Shown here piece by piece: positions 37,423 through 47,018 of a DNA stretch of 64,000 bases. Position numbers and translations under genes: made by a program. Under the pieces are notes generated by a model. It was not told the origin of the DNA, did not search any database, and saw only the letters and a program-made list of their open reading frames with translations. Within the stretch, counting starts at the first letter, position 1. The number at the start of each line of letters is the position of its first letter. Origin of the DNA: Candidatus Woesearchaeota archaeon (GTDB lineage Archaea; Nanobdellota; Nanobdellia; Woesearchaeales; UBA119); NCBI GenBank assembly GCA_030156615.1, contig JASGME010000003.1:7574-71573 (forward strand), in the 5' to 3' direction.

Positions 37423-37625
37423 TCTTCTTTATACTTTTTAATTTTTTCTTTTTTGGTGTTCGAATGAAGATATATGTAAATTATCTCCTTTCGTAGCAAA
37501 GATCAGACTCAAAAGAAATTTTATCCAGTTTCCTTTAGAGGATCTTTGTTTATTTTTTTTATAAGAATTCGTTTTCCATCCTTCTTTCACAAATTATATA
37601 TATCTTTTTCCAACATGAATTAAGA

Positions 37626-38768
37626 ATGCCAAATAAAAAAAGAATCTTGGTTTTTGCAGAATATTATCTTCCGGGCATAAAGGGAGGAGGTCCTATAACA
37701 ACCATAAAAAATATGGTTGATGCCCTTTCAGATTTCTTTGAATTTAGAATTGTTACGCTTGACAGGGATTTGGGAGATAAAGAGCCATATAAAGGCATAA
37801 AGAAAGGATGGAATGAAGTAGGGGATGCATCAGTTTTATATCTTGGCCCCAAAGAGATAAAAATCTCAAAATTCATAAAGATTCTTAAAGAAGAAGAATA
37901 TGATGCAATATACTTTAACAGCTTCTTTTCCGTTAAATTTACATTAAAGCCTTTGATTGCCTATAAAAGGCTTAAACTTGAGAAGCAGGTGATAATAGCC
38001 CCGAGAGGGGAATTCTCTAAAGGAGCTTTGCAACTTAAATCACATATTAAAAAGCTTTATCTTATGATAGCAAGGAAACTGTTTCCTTTAAATAAAGTCA
38101 TATTTCAGGCATCATCTGAATTTGAAAAGAATGATATAAAGGCAATATTCAAAGAAGCAAATGTTGTCATTGCTCCAAATATAAGAACCCAACCGATAGA
38201 GAACCTTCCTTTTGAGAATAAAACAAAGGGAATGCTTAAGATTGTATTTCTTTCAAGAATATCGCCAAAGAAGAATCTTCTTTATGCCTTGGAAGTATTA
38301 AAAGAAATTAAAGGAGAGCTTTACTTTGAAATCTATGGACCAATTGAAGATAAAGAATACTGGAATAAATGCAATGAAATAATAAAGAATCTTCCTGCGA
38401 ATGTGAAAGTAAGTTATTGTGGTCAAATTAACCATGACAGAGTTATTGAAACTATGAACAATTATCATTTATTCTTCCTGCCAACCCTCGGAGAAAATTA
38501 TGGACATGTTATTCATGAGGCATTATTGGCAGGCTGCCCGGTCTTAATAAGCGATCAAACCCCTTGGAAGGATCTTCAAAAAAAAGGCGTTGGCTGGGAT
38601 ATCCCATTAAAACAAAAAGAAGAATTCACAAAGGCAATATCCTTTATGATTCAATTATCAAATAAAGAATTCAGGGAATTATCAAAAAAGGCAAGGCAAT
38701 ACGGAGCAGAGGTTAGCAGGGATAAAACTGTTATTGAGGCAAATAAAAACCTCTTTAGAAAATCTTAA
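37626..38768 (+). CDS. GT4 family glycosyltransferase
   Basis: PGIKGGGP, APRGE, FLSRISPKKN, GENYGHVIHEALLAGCPV. Confidence 0.9.
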   Translation: MPNKKRILVFAEYYLPGIKGGGPITTIKNMVDALSDFFEFRIVTLDRDLGDKEPYKGIKKGWNEVGDASVLYLGPKEIKISKFIKILKEEEYDAIYFNSFFSVKFTLKPLIAYKRLKLEKQVIIAPRGEFSKGALQLKSHIKKLYLMIARKLFPLNKVIFQASSEFEKNDIKAIFKEANVVIAPNIRTQPIENLPFENKTKGMLKIVFLSRISPKKNLLYALEVLKEIKGELYFEIYGPIEDKEYWNKCNEIIKNLPANVKVSYCGQINHDRVIETMNNYHLFFLPTLGENYGHVIHEALLAGCPVLISDQTPWKDLQKKGVGWDIPLKQKEEFTKAISFMIQLSNKEFRELSKKARQYGAEVSRDKTVIEANKNLFRKS

Positions 38769-38793
38769 ATAAACTTATTCTTCAGGGAAGGGA

Positions 38794-40767
38794 ATGAACT
38801 TTAAAAATGGTCTGCTCTTATCATTGGTCATTATTGTAATGATGCCTGAGGCATTAGCACAGATAAGCTCAATAGATAGCATTAATCTTTCATTAAATGT
38901 ATCTCTTTCAATTATGCCCCAAAAGAGTTCTTCAACAAGGGATGTGAATCTTAAACTTTACTACATCCCCCAGAACAACTCTTTTCAAGAGCTGAGCTTC
39001 ACAAATTTTTTTCCTGAGAATGCTGAGCTAAAAGAAGATTACATTAATTATTACATAAGACGAATGGAGCCAAATGAGACTTATTTTGGCTATACGGCAT
39101 CAATAACCAGAAAAAGATTCCTGCCGGAAATAAATCATGCAATTAAATATCCTGCAGAGATAACAGACGAAGAGGCACTAAATTATCTTGAATTTGATGA
39201 AACATTTAACTTTATAGAAGAGGCTAAATCAATAATTGAATCTGAAGAAGATTATTTAGAAGTAATCTTCAGGATTAGCCAGTGGGTTATTGACAATATT
39301 GAATATGAACTAACAAATGAAACAGAAAAGGTAACAAAATCAGCATCTTGGGTTTTCATGCACAGATATGGGGTCTGCGATGAATTCTCTGTTCTGCTGG
39401 CATCTATGCTAAGAAGCCTCGGTATTCCAGCAAGAGTCATCTCCGGCATAGCGTATCCATCATCAAACATCTCAGATGATGAAGAATGGGAAACGCATTC
39501 TTGGGTTGAAGTATACATACCGGATGAAGGATGGCTTCCTGTTGATCCAGTTTTCAAAGAAATATTCTGGCTTGATTCAGGCCATATATCCATTAAAGAA
39601 TTCTCAGAAGATGGAGAGGCTTTTAAGTACTATTGGAAAGGAGGTTCAAATGCTTTAAGTTCTTCATCTATTGACTTCTCAATAAAAATCAATTCATTTA
39701 ACATATCAAATGAACCAAACATAAGCTATTCTTTAAGCCCTGCACGGCCGTCAATGGCCCCTTCATCGTTCAATGCATTAACAATTGAAATAAAAAACAA
39801 TGAAGATTCTTACATTCATCAGAATCTTGAGCTCTCACTGCCTAAAGATATTCTCCTTCTTGGAGATAAATCATTCAGCATCCTTCTAAAGCCGAATCAG
39901 TCTTTAAACAAAACTATCCTATTTAATCTTAACATTCCAAATGCTTCTTCTTCAATATACACATATACAATTAATCTTTATTCTTATGATTCTATAGTCG
40001 CATCAACAGATATAAAGGTTTCAAAATTCTTTCCAATGTATGAAGAAGAACAGTTTGAAAACCTGTCTGACTTTAAAAAAGAGCAAAATGTCCGATTAGA
40101 ATGCATTCCAGAATCAGACGAAGCAATCCAGAATCATCATCTTTTGATTCGTTGTTTTGTTCATAATGAAGGGAATGAACCTCTTCAGGATTTATTATGC
40201 ATAGAAGAAAGATGCCAGTTTGTTAATATCTCTTCCGGAGAATCTACCTCTTTTGACTTCTATTATATGCCTTATGTTGCAGGTGTTCAAAGAAAGGCAG
40301 CAATCCTGAAAGGCATCAATAAAAAGGAACCACTTGTTTTCACAGTTTATCCTCAACCATGGATGTCATTAACAACATCCTTTATTTCTTCAGAAGAAAT
40401 TTTAGGCACCAGTTCTATTTTAGTAGAGATTTCTCCTCAAACAAATTCTCCTGCATATAATGCCTCTGTTAGCTTCTATCTAAATGGAAGGCTTCTTGAA
40501 GAATGGAAAATCAGTTCCATCTCATCAAAAATCAGCAATACGATGCAAATCAAGAATTATCTTTTTCTTGAAAAAAATAAAATAGATGTTGTATTAAGAT
40601 ATAGCGATTTAAAAGGAAATCCATATTCAATGAGACAAGACCTTGATGTAAAAATCACTGAAAGACCTTTCTTAAACAAATTGGGTGCATCTGTGCTTAG
40701 AGTTCTCTTCGATTTTTCACAACTAGCGTTCAATATTCAAGAATTTTACCTGTCTCTTTTTGAATAA
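38794..40767 (+). CDS. Secreted transglutaminase-like protein with C-terminal Ig-like domains
   Basis: Signal peptide; Cys-His-Asp triad GVCDEFS, HSWVEVY, VDP. Confidence 0.85.
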   Translation: MNFKNGLLLSLVIIVMMPEALAQISSIDSINLSLNVSLSIMPQKSSSTRDVNLKLYYIPQNNSFQELSFTNFFPENAELKEDYINYYIRRMEPNETYFGYTASITRKRFLPEINHAIKYPAEITDEEALNYLEFDETFNFIEEAKSIIESEEDYLEVIFRISQWVIDNIEYELTNETEKVTKSASWVFMHRYGVCDEFSVLLASMLRSLGIPARVISGIAYPSSNISDDEEWETHSWVEVYIPDEGWLPVDPVFKEIFWLDSGHISIKEFSEDGEAFKYYWKGGSNALSSSSIDFSIKINSFNISNEPNISYSLSPARPSMAPSSFNALTIEIKNNEDSYIHQNLELSLPKDILLLGDKSFSILLKPNQSLNKTILFNLNIPNASSSIYTYTINLYSYDSIVASTDIKVSKFFPMYEEEQFENLSDFKKEQNVRLECIPESDEAIQNHHLLIRCFVHNEGNEPLQDLLCIEERCQFVNISSGESTSFDFYYMPYVAGVQRKAAILKGINKKEPLVFTVYPQPWMSLTTSFISSEEILGTSSILVEISPQTNSPAYNASVSFYLNGRLLEEWKISSISSKISNTMQIKNYLFLEKNKIDVVLRYSDLKGNPYSMRQDLDVKITERPFLNKLGASVLRVLFDFSQLAFNIQEFYLSLFE

Positions 40768-40820
40768 AACCACAATTTCCTCAAGAACCTTTTTAAATTT
40801 CAATCTTCCTGTCCTTTTGT

Positions 40821-41204
40821 ATGGTAAATCAAACAAAAAAGGAGTGGTTGCTGGGCTTTATAGCCTATCATTCTGGGAAAAAGATAAAGCATTTAGAAGA
40901 GAAGGAAGGCGTCATTGTTGGTTTTTTAGATGAGCTTAATCAGCCATTTTTCGTTTATTCCGAAGATCTAAAAAACGCTGCTCCATACCTCTCAAAGACA
41001 AAATACATAATAACCGATTATACTATGACGAATGTGAAAGAGATTGAGACATATTGGTCGCTCCTTTCTGACAATGAGCAGACTATACTTTGTTTAGCAG
41101 ACTATGATAATGACAAGTATGCCTTGCTAAAGCCCCATCTTCATTCAATGATCGTCCAGAAGGATAATCTAAGAAAAAGCATCCATAGTCTGATGGCATA
41201 TTAA
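40821..41204 (+). CDS. Hypothetical protein
   Basis: 127-aa ATG ORF with own upstream AT-rich promoter region, normal composition. Confidence 0.65.
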   Translation: MVNQTKKEWLLGFIAYHSGKKIKHLEEKEGVIVGFLDELNQPFFVYSEDLKNAAPYLSKTKYIITDYTMTNVKEIETYWSLLSDNEQTILCLADYDNDKYALLKPHLHSMIVQKDNLRKSIHSLMAY

Positions 41205-41572
41205 CGAAATGTATCAGGATCATCAGGGTTAAATTCTTCATCTATGTATGCAATGACGATAGCTTCCTCTGCATGATCATTCCTGAATATATGCCTCACA
41301 GAAGGCCTGACCTCTACAACAACAGGCTTCTCTGCATCAAGCAAAATCTCCTCTTTTTCCTCTTCAGATTCAAGAATCAATGAGCATTTTCCCTTGACAA
41401 TAGAAAACCATTCCCACTTTCTCTTATGATAATGATTCCCCCTTTCCTTTCCCGGCTTAATTGAAAAGGAATAAACCTGTCCTTTTATCCTTCCATCTAA
41501 AAAAGAACCCTTAAAAAACTCGGCAAGCCAACCCCTTTCATCCTCCTTCTTTTCAATCTTTCTTATGTTCAT
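41201..41572 (-). CDS. Cupin sugar epimerase, resembling the CapF/WbjC C-terminal domain
   Basis: DERGWLAEF, KGQV, KPGKERGNHYHKRKWEWFSIVKG, H. Confidence 0.8.
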   Translation of the reverse strand: MNIRKIEKKEDERGWLAEFFKGSFLDGRIKGQVYSFSIKPGKERGNHYHKRKWEWFSIVKGKCSLILESEEEKEEILLDAEKPVVVEVRPSVRHIFRNDHAEEAIVIAYIDEEFNPDDPDTFR

Positions 41573-42398
41573 TTAATTCCGCCTCAATATATTTTTTCAG
41601 CCCTTCTTTAAAATCAAACCTTGGCTTGAATCCTAAAACATCAAAAGTTTTTTCATTCTTCATTAGTATTGTACTTTCATCATCTCCTTTCTTATCAATA
41701 GCCATCTTTGGAAAATATCGCTTTAACTCATCTAAGACCTCTTTCATTGAAATGGCATTTCCCGTTGCTATATTGAAAATTCCGTTGATATCTTTGTTGA
41801 TTGCAAGAAGAATCGCCTCAATTGCATCCTTAACATAGAGCAAATCCATTCTTTTTTCAGGAGAGCAGCTAAGCTCAATTCTCTCCCCTTTCTTCGCCAA
41901 TTCAATGAAGGTAGCAATTGCAGAATTGTAAAAAGGCCTGCATCCCTCTCCATATATATTTGTAAATCTTAGTATTGTGCTTTTAATATGACAATAATCT
42001 ATAAGCATCTCTCCGAGCTTCTTTGATATCCCATAAAGACTTTGAGGACTTGCAAAATCCTCTTCTGAATAGGCTTCTCCATCATTTGGGCTATAAACCT
42101 GAGCAGAAGAAGCAAAGATTAACCTGCATTCCTTGTTGAAGTCTCTTATGGCTCTTGCAAGGTTGAAACTTCCTTCGGCATTCACCCTTACAAAATCAAG
42201 CTCGTCCCCTCTATTAATGCCTGCAAGATGCACAATTACCTTACAATCCTTAACAAAATCTGCTAAAGAATCATAATGAAGCAAATCATATTTATCTCTA
42301 TCAAATTCCTTAACATTGAATCCGCGAAGTCCCAATTCTCTTTTCAAATGACTCCCTAAAAAACCATTCCCCCCAGTTAATCCAATCAAATCAGCCAT
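41553..42398 (-). CDS. NAD(P)-dependent sugar reductase/epimerase (SDR), resembling the CapF/WbjC N-terminal domain
   Basis: TGGNGFLG, HLAGINR, ASSAQ, YGISK, RFTNIYGEGCRPFYNSAIATF. Confidence 0.82.
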   Translation of the reverse strand: MADLIGLTGGNGFLGSHLKRELGLRGFNVKEFDRDKYDLLHYDSLADFVKDCKVIVHLAGINRGDELDFVRVNAEGSFNLARAIRDFNKECRLIFASSAQVYSPNDGEAYSEEDFASPQSLYGISKKLGEMLIDYCHIKSTILRFTNIYGEGCRPFYNSAIATFIELAKKGERIELSCSPEKRMDLLYVKDAIEAILLAINKDINGIFNIATGNAISMKEVLDELKRYFPKMAIDKKGDDESTILMKNEKTFDVLGFKPRFDFKEGLKKYIEAELNEHKKD

Positions 42399-43471
42399 TT
42401 TTCTTTCTTCTCAATCCTGTTCATCTCTTCTCTGTTGAGGCCTCCAATCAATTCATCGTATTCATAATCATTCCCTAAGAAATGATTTCTTTTTAAAACC
42501 TCTTTAATCTCTTCAAGCGAGAGCATCTTCGTATTATTGGATGAATAATATTCAAACTCTGGCTTCTTCATATTCTTATACTTCTCTATTGCCTTCTTTA
42601 TAGGAACATAAGGCATAATAACAAAGTATTTGCCGAATTCAACAGTTCTATGAATCTCATCCTGAGAGACAAGCACTTCATCAATCTTCTCACCGGGCCT
42701 TATCCCAGTTATCTTTATCTTAGTATTTTTATCACCGAGCTCCTTCGCCATAACCTTTGCCAAATCCATAACCTTTATTCCGGGCATTTGCATAACGAAG
42801 ATTTCGCCGCCAATAGAAAGCTCTGCTGCCTTCAATAGCAGCCCAATTGCCTCTTCTAAAGACATAATAAACCTTGTCATCTTTTCATCTGTAACCGTAA
42901 TCATATTGTTTAACGCAATCTGTTTTCTAAATAAAGGGATAACACTGCCACTTGAGCCCATTACATTTCCTGCCCTGATACAACTAAAAATAGTCTTGCC
43001 ATTTCTAAGATTTGCATTCACAATAAGCCTTTCAGAGGCCGCCTTTGTTATCCCATACAGATTAATAGGAGCAACAGCCTTATCGGTTGAAACATAGACA
43101 ACCTTTTCTATATTATTTTCTATTGCACAATTTACAACATTCTCAGTTCCCTTTATATTTATGTCAATGGCCTCTGTCGGGTTTTCCTCGCAGACAGTAA
43201 CATGCTTTAATGCTGCCAAATGGAAAATTATATCGCTTTCCTTGCACAATAAATTCAGTCTCTCTTTATTCCTGACATCTCCGATAACAAACTCCAACTT
43301 TGGATTATTTAGCCTTCTTTTCATAGAAACCTGCCTGAGCTCTCCTCTAGAATAAATAATAATCTTCTTTGGTGAGAAATCTTTTAGGATTCTTTCAACG
43401 AGCACATTTCCCCACGAGCCTGTCCCTCCTGTAATCAATATTCTCTTCCCGTTCAAAAAGTTATTTGCCAT
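42386..43471 (-). CDS. UDP-GlcNAc 4,6-dehydratase/5-epimerase (CapE/FnlA/WbjB-PseB family)
   Basis: TGGTGSWG, SRGELRQ, GDVRN, FHLAALKHV, STDKAV, GNVMGSSGSVIP, MTRF, GIRPGEK. Confidence 0.9.
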   Translation of the reverse strand: MANNFLNGKRILITGGTGSWGNVLVERILKDFSPKKIIIYSRGELRQVSMKRRLNNPKLEFVIGDVRNKERLNLLCKESDIIFHLAALKHVTVCEENPTEAIDINIKGTENVVNCAIENNIEKVVYVSTDKAVAPINLYGITKAASERLIVNANLRNGKTIFSCIRAGNVMGSSGSVIPLFRKQIALNNMITVTDEKMTRFIMSLEEAIGLLLKAAELSIGGEIFVMQMPGIKVMDLAKVMAKELGDKNTKIKITGIRPGEKIDEVLVSQDEIHRTVEFGKYFVIMPYVPIKKAIEKYKNMKKPEFEYYSSNNTKMLSLEEIKEVLKRNHFLGNDYEYDELIGGLNREEMNRIEKKEKWLI

Positions 43472-43498
43472 TTTTATTCCTCAGAATTATTTTATTAT

Positions 43499-44401
43499 TT
43501 AAACATTTGCCTTAACTTTTTTCCATATATAATGCTTTGAAGGATTAAATGCATAATCTAACCTTCCCAAAAATCTCCCCCATCCCTCTAAAATGCCTGC
43601 AATTATTACTACGCCCATATTATACCTTTTTATATTCTTCATTAATATCTTTATAATATAGAAAGAGTTCAGTGTTGAAACCTCATAGCCCTTTCTTTTT
43701 TTCAATTCAAGATGTCCGCAATATATCCTCCTCCTCTGCTTTACAAATTCTCTTGCTCCTTTTGGAGGAAAATTGAATACTATTGCATTAGGATTATATA
43801 CTCCCTTATATCCCTGCCTAATAATCTTTTCTGCAATCAGCTCCTCATCTACAGAGCCCTCTTCAATATTGCTGATGACTGCTTTAATCCCTATTAATTC
43901 TCCAAACTTTGGTTTTTCTCTTGCACATTTGTCAAGCAGATCCCATTCCAAACCAGCAACAGCTCCAATGATGCCATTAGCTGTTTTAGGAATTACGCGC
44001 ACACCAACAATCCCTGCATTCGGCTCTTCCAAAGATTTCATAACCTCTTCCAAGCAGTGTTCATCTAAAATAATGTCGGCACTGGATATTACTAATTTAT
44101 CCGATTTTGCAGTCTTAAGGAATTTGTTTATCTCGGCTAACTTGCCAAGCCTTTCCCTGCTTATAACTGCTTTTATCCTCTCATCTATCTTCTCATACTC
44201 TTTTATAATCCTGTTTGTCATATCAGTGCTTCCATCTGAGAAAACAAGGATTTCGTCAATTTCGTTAATGATGCTCTGCCTAAGAATAGAATCTAAGTTC
44301 TTCTTTATTATCGCTTCTTCATTATAGGCAAAAACCCCAACAGAGATGGCCATGTCTGAAGAATCTTTCTCGTTCTTTATAAGCTTTTTTTCAATCTCCA
44401 A
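43499..44401 (-). CDS. GT2 family glycosyltransferase
   Basis: GVFAYNEE, DGSTD, ADII, DEE, QRRRIY. Confidence 0.85.
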   Translation of the reverse strand: MEIEKKLIKNEKDSSDMAISVGVFAYNEEAIIKKNLDSILRQSIINEIDEILVFSDGSTDMTNRIIKEYEKIDERIKAVISRERLGKLAEINKFLKTAKSDKLVISSADIILDEHCLEEVMKSLEEPNAGIVGVRVIPKTANGIIGAVAGLEWDLLDKCAREKPKFGELIGIKAVISNIEEGSVDEELIAEKIIRQGYKGVYNPNAIVFNFPPKGAREFVKQRRRIYCGHLELKKRKGYEVSTLNSFYIIKILMKNIKRYNMGVVIIAGILEGWGRFLGRLDYAFNPSKHYIWKKVKANV

Positions 44402-44451
44402 ATCATAACTTTTTTAAAGGAGCATAGATTTCCCAACAGAAAGGTGTTAAT

Positions 44452-44724
44452 ATGACTCAAAGGATTCATAAATCTAATTCATTGAGGACTGTTTATAAGA
44501 AAGTGCCCGGCGGAGCTTTAAAGACCCATTACGAAGCCAGAAATCCATCAAAGGCACATTGCGCAATATGTGGCAAACCTTTGCCCGGCGTTGAGTCCAA
44601 AAGGTCTGCGAAATTAAAAAAGCTTTCAAAGACTGAAAAGAGACCATCAAGGCCATATGGAGGAATGCTCTGCTCGTATTGTTCAAGAAAGAAAATCATA
44701 GAGGTTGCAAGAAAAAATCTTTAG
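44452..44724 (+). CDS. rpl34e: 50S ribosomal protein L34e
   Basis: KVPGG, CAICGKPL, KTEKRPSRPYGGMLCSYC. Confidence 0.95.
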   Translation: MTQRIHKSNSLRTVYKKVPGGALKTHYEARNPSKAHCAICGKPLPGVESKRSAKLKKLSKTEKRPSRPYGGMLCSYCSRKKIIEVARKNL

Positions 44725-44742
44725 TTATGCTTGGTGATATTT

Positions 44743-45087
44743 ATGTTTGAGATTGGAAGAATATGCCTTAAAATTGCAGGAAGGGATGCAGGAAAATATG
44801 GTGTCGTTATAAAGCAAGAAGAATCTCAATATGTCCTGATAGATGGCTATACTAGAAGGAGAAAGGTAAATGTAAAGCATCTCGAGCCAACCTCAAAACT
44901 AGTAGAGATTAAGGAGAATGCCTCAACAGAAGAAGTGAAAAAGGCATTGGAAAAGGCTGGTTTTAAGGAAAAATTGATTCGTAAGCCAATAAAAAAGAAG
45001 GAAGAAGAGCAAAAAAAGCCGCAAAAGAAAAGCACAAGCTCAAAACCATCAAAGCAAACAAAGAGCAAGGAAGAGAAAAAACAATAA
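44743..45087 (+). CDS. rpl14e: 50S ribosomal protein L14e with Lys-rich tail
   Basis: EIGRICLKIAGRDAGK, RRKVNVKHLEP. Confidence 0.95.
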   Translation: MFEIGRICLKIAGRDAGKYGVVIKQEESQYVLIDGYTRRRKVNVKHLEPTSKLVEIKENASTEEVKKALEKAGFKEKLIRKPIKKKEEEQKKPQKKSTSSKPSKQTKSKEEKKQ

Positions 45088-45119
45088 TTTTTTAACAGAA
45101 AGATTGTTTCTACTTCTTG

Positions 45120-46919
45120 ATGAAAACAAAAATCCTAGTCCCTTTAGTAGTGATTGTATTAATCTTTATCCTAATATTCTCAATTGCCCCATCTCCATTT
45201 AACTCTTATTCAATCCCTCTTCTTGCTGTATCCGAGACAGGTGCAGGGTTGAAAGGCAGCGTTGCTGAGCTTCAACTTCAAATTTTGTCGGGCAGTGGCA
45301 GGGTTTTCATAGATTCCTTCCCTTTCAATGAGATGGATCTTCAGGTGTCAACAAGATATGCAAAGGACCTTGCATGCAAATTTTCAGATATAGATTGTTC
45401 AAGATTGGATTTCTTCCATACGATAAGAGCTAATGCCTCAATAATCGGAGGGCCGAGTGCAGGAGCAAGCATCGCATTTCTTACTATTGCAGCTTTAGAA
45501 GGACTTGAATATGATTCAAGCATAGCTTTGACTGGTACAATAAATGCAGGCTATATCGTAGGACCTGTTGGAGGATTAAAGGAGAAGATAGATGCAGCAG
45601 CTAATGCAGGAATTAAAAAGGTCTTAATCCCTTTAGGAGAAGGAAGCCAGCTTGTTGAATCTTCTGAATTAAACATTGTTGAATATGGAAAAAGCAAAGG
45701 GGTAGAGGTTAAAGAGGTTTTTGACCTATACGATGTAGTATATGAATATTCTGGAAAGAATCTTTCAATAGAAGCTACTAAGCCTGATCCTGCAGAATTC
45801 TCAAAAACAATGAAAACAATATCAGATGGACTTTGTGAAAGGGCGTTTCAGTTGAATGCATCTTTGACTTCTTCAATTCCAGATTCTTTATTGGGGATGT
45901 ATGAGAAAAGCCAGCAAAATCTGCTCTTGGCTATAAACGAAACATCAAAATCAAATTATTATTCAGCAGCAAGCTTCTGTTTTGGCAGTTTAAACGATCT
46001 TCTAACGATACAATTGGAGCTGAGTAATCTCTCTGAGCAATATCTTCCAGTACTGATAAGCATGACTCGCGGAAATGCCGAAGCATTAAAATCAGGGCTT
46101 CAGAAGGATTACAATACTTTAGGAGATTTACAGGTTTATGCAGCTATCATTGAGAGGATTGAAGAAGCCGAGCTTCATTTAGACGCCGCAGAAGAACTCT
46201 TAAACGAATCAATAAATATAAGCCTTCTTGCTCCCTACTTAGAAGAAAAAGTTGATGAAATAGTTTATGACGGAATAATAAACAGCATTGCGTATGCAAT
46301 CAACAGGATATATAGTGCAGAGCTATGGCAGAGTTTCTTAGGTTTTGATAAACAAGTTGTTAATTTAAATGAAGCTACTCTTGAGCAAGCATGCGTATCT
46401 AAGATATCAGAAGTAACTGGAATGCTTGACTACTTCTCAACATCTTTTCCTTCTCTTCTTGAAGAATCAAGGGAAATCCTGAAAAAGGCTCAAGGCAACA
46501 GGGAAGAAGGAAATTATGAGCTGTGCATATATCAGGCATCCTCAGCAAAGGCCCAATTAAACAATCTTATGAGTTCAATATATCTCCCTGTTGAATACTA
46601 TAACAAAAGTATTGAAGGCAAGATAAAGGCTGCAGAAAGACAAATTTCAGAGCAACAAAACAAACAAAGCTTCCCTATAATGGGTTATAGCTATCTTGAA
46701 TACTCAAAAACCCTTTACGAATTAGGCGACTTATATTCAGCAAGTCTATATGCAGATTATGCCTTAGAACTTTCAAACCTTGATGTTTATTTTAATCATA
46801 AATCCTCGATGCCTGTTATTTCTTATCTCTCATCATTTTATATAAGAATCTTCTTATTTGGAGCAATCTTTGGCTTCTCCATATCTTTGCTGTTCAAGAT
46901 TAAATCAGGAAAGAATTGA
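45120..46919 (+). CDS. Membrane-anchored archaeal Lon-like (S16) serine protease without ATPase domain
   Basis: GRVF, GGPSAGA (Ser), TGTI, PVGGLKEKIDAA (Lys), KVLIP; N- and C-terminal TMs. Confidence 0.9.
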   Translation: MKTKILVPLVVIVLIFILIFSIAPSPFNSYSIPLLAVSETGAGLKGSVAELQLQILSGSGRVFIDSFPFNEMDLQVSTRYAKDLACKFSDIDCSRLDFFHTIRANASIIGGPSAGASIAFLTIAALEGLEYDSSIALTGTINAGYIVGPVGGLKEKIDAAANAGIKKVLIPLGEGSQLVESSELNIVEYGKSKGVEVKEVFDLYDVVYEYSGKNLSIEATKPDPAEFSKTMKTISDGLCERAFQLNASLTSSIPDSLLGMYEKSQQNLLLAINETSKSNYYSAASFCFGSLNDLLTIQLELSNLSEQYLPVLISMTRGNAEALKSGLQKDYNTLGDLQVYAAIIERIEEAELHLDAAEELLNESINISLLAPYLEEKVDEIVYDGIINSIAYAINRIYSAELWQSFLGFDKQVVNLNEATLEQACVSKISEVTGMLDYFSTSFPSLLEESREILKKAQGNREEGNYELCIYQASSAKAQLNNLMSSIYLPVEYYNKSIEGKIKAAERQISEQQNKQSFPIMGYSYLEYSKTLYELGDLYSASLYADYALELSNLDVYFNHKSSMPVISYLSSFYIRIFLFGAIFGFSISLLFKIKSGKN

Positions 46920-47018
46920 TTTAAAAAAGAAGACCTTGGGAAGGCTAAAGGCCCTCCCAAGGAAGAGGTGGTCTGCTGTTAAGAATATGAAGATGAAATT
47001 AATTAATGAAGTTATCAA
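46905..47018 (-). CDS. Candidate 37-aa hydrophobic small peptide
   Basis: TTG start after AGAGGGG, TATA-like TTTAAATA upstream; MITSLINFIFIFLTADHLFLGRAFSLPKVFFFKSILS. Confidence 0.3.
   Translation of the reverse strand: MITSLINFIFIFLTADHLFLGRAFSLPKVFFFKSILS
46925..46962 (-). terminator. GC-rich hairpin followed by a U-tract on the minus strand
   Basis: CCTTGGGAAGGC-TAAAG-GCCCTCCCAAGG stem (1 mismatch), then TCTTCTTTTTT on minus strand. Confidence 0.55.

Noticed and set aside
37423-37625. Additional gene upstream of the methyltransferase at 37422
   Set aside because: Only short interrupted frames; may be a decayed fragment but no family is recognisable
43773-44327. 184-aa plus-strand ORF
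   Set aside because: Entirely antisense to a clear GT2 gene; no recognisable motifs
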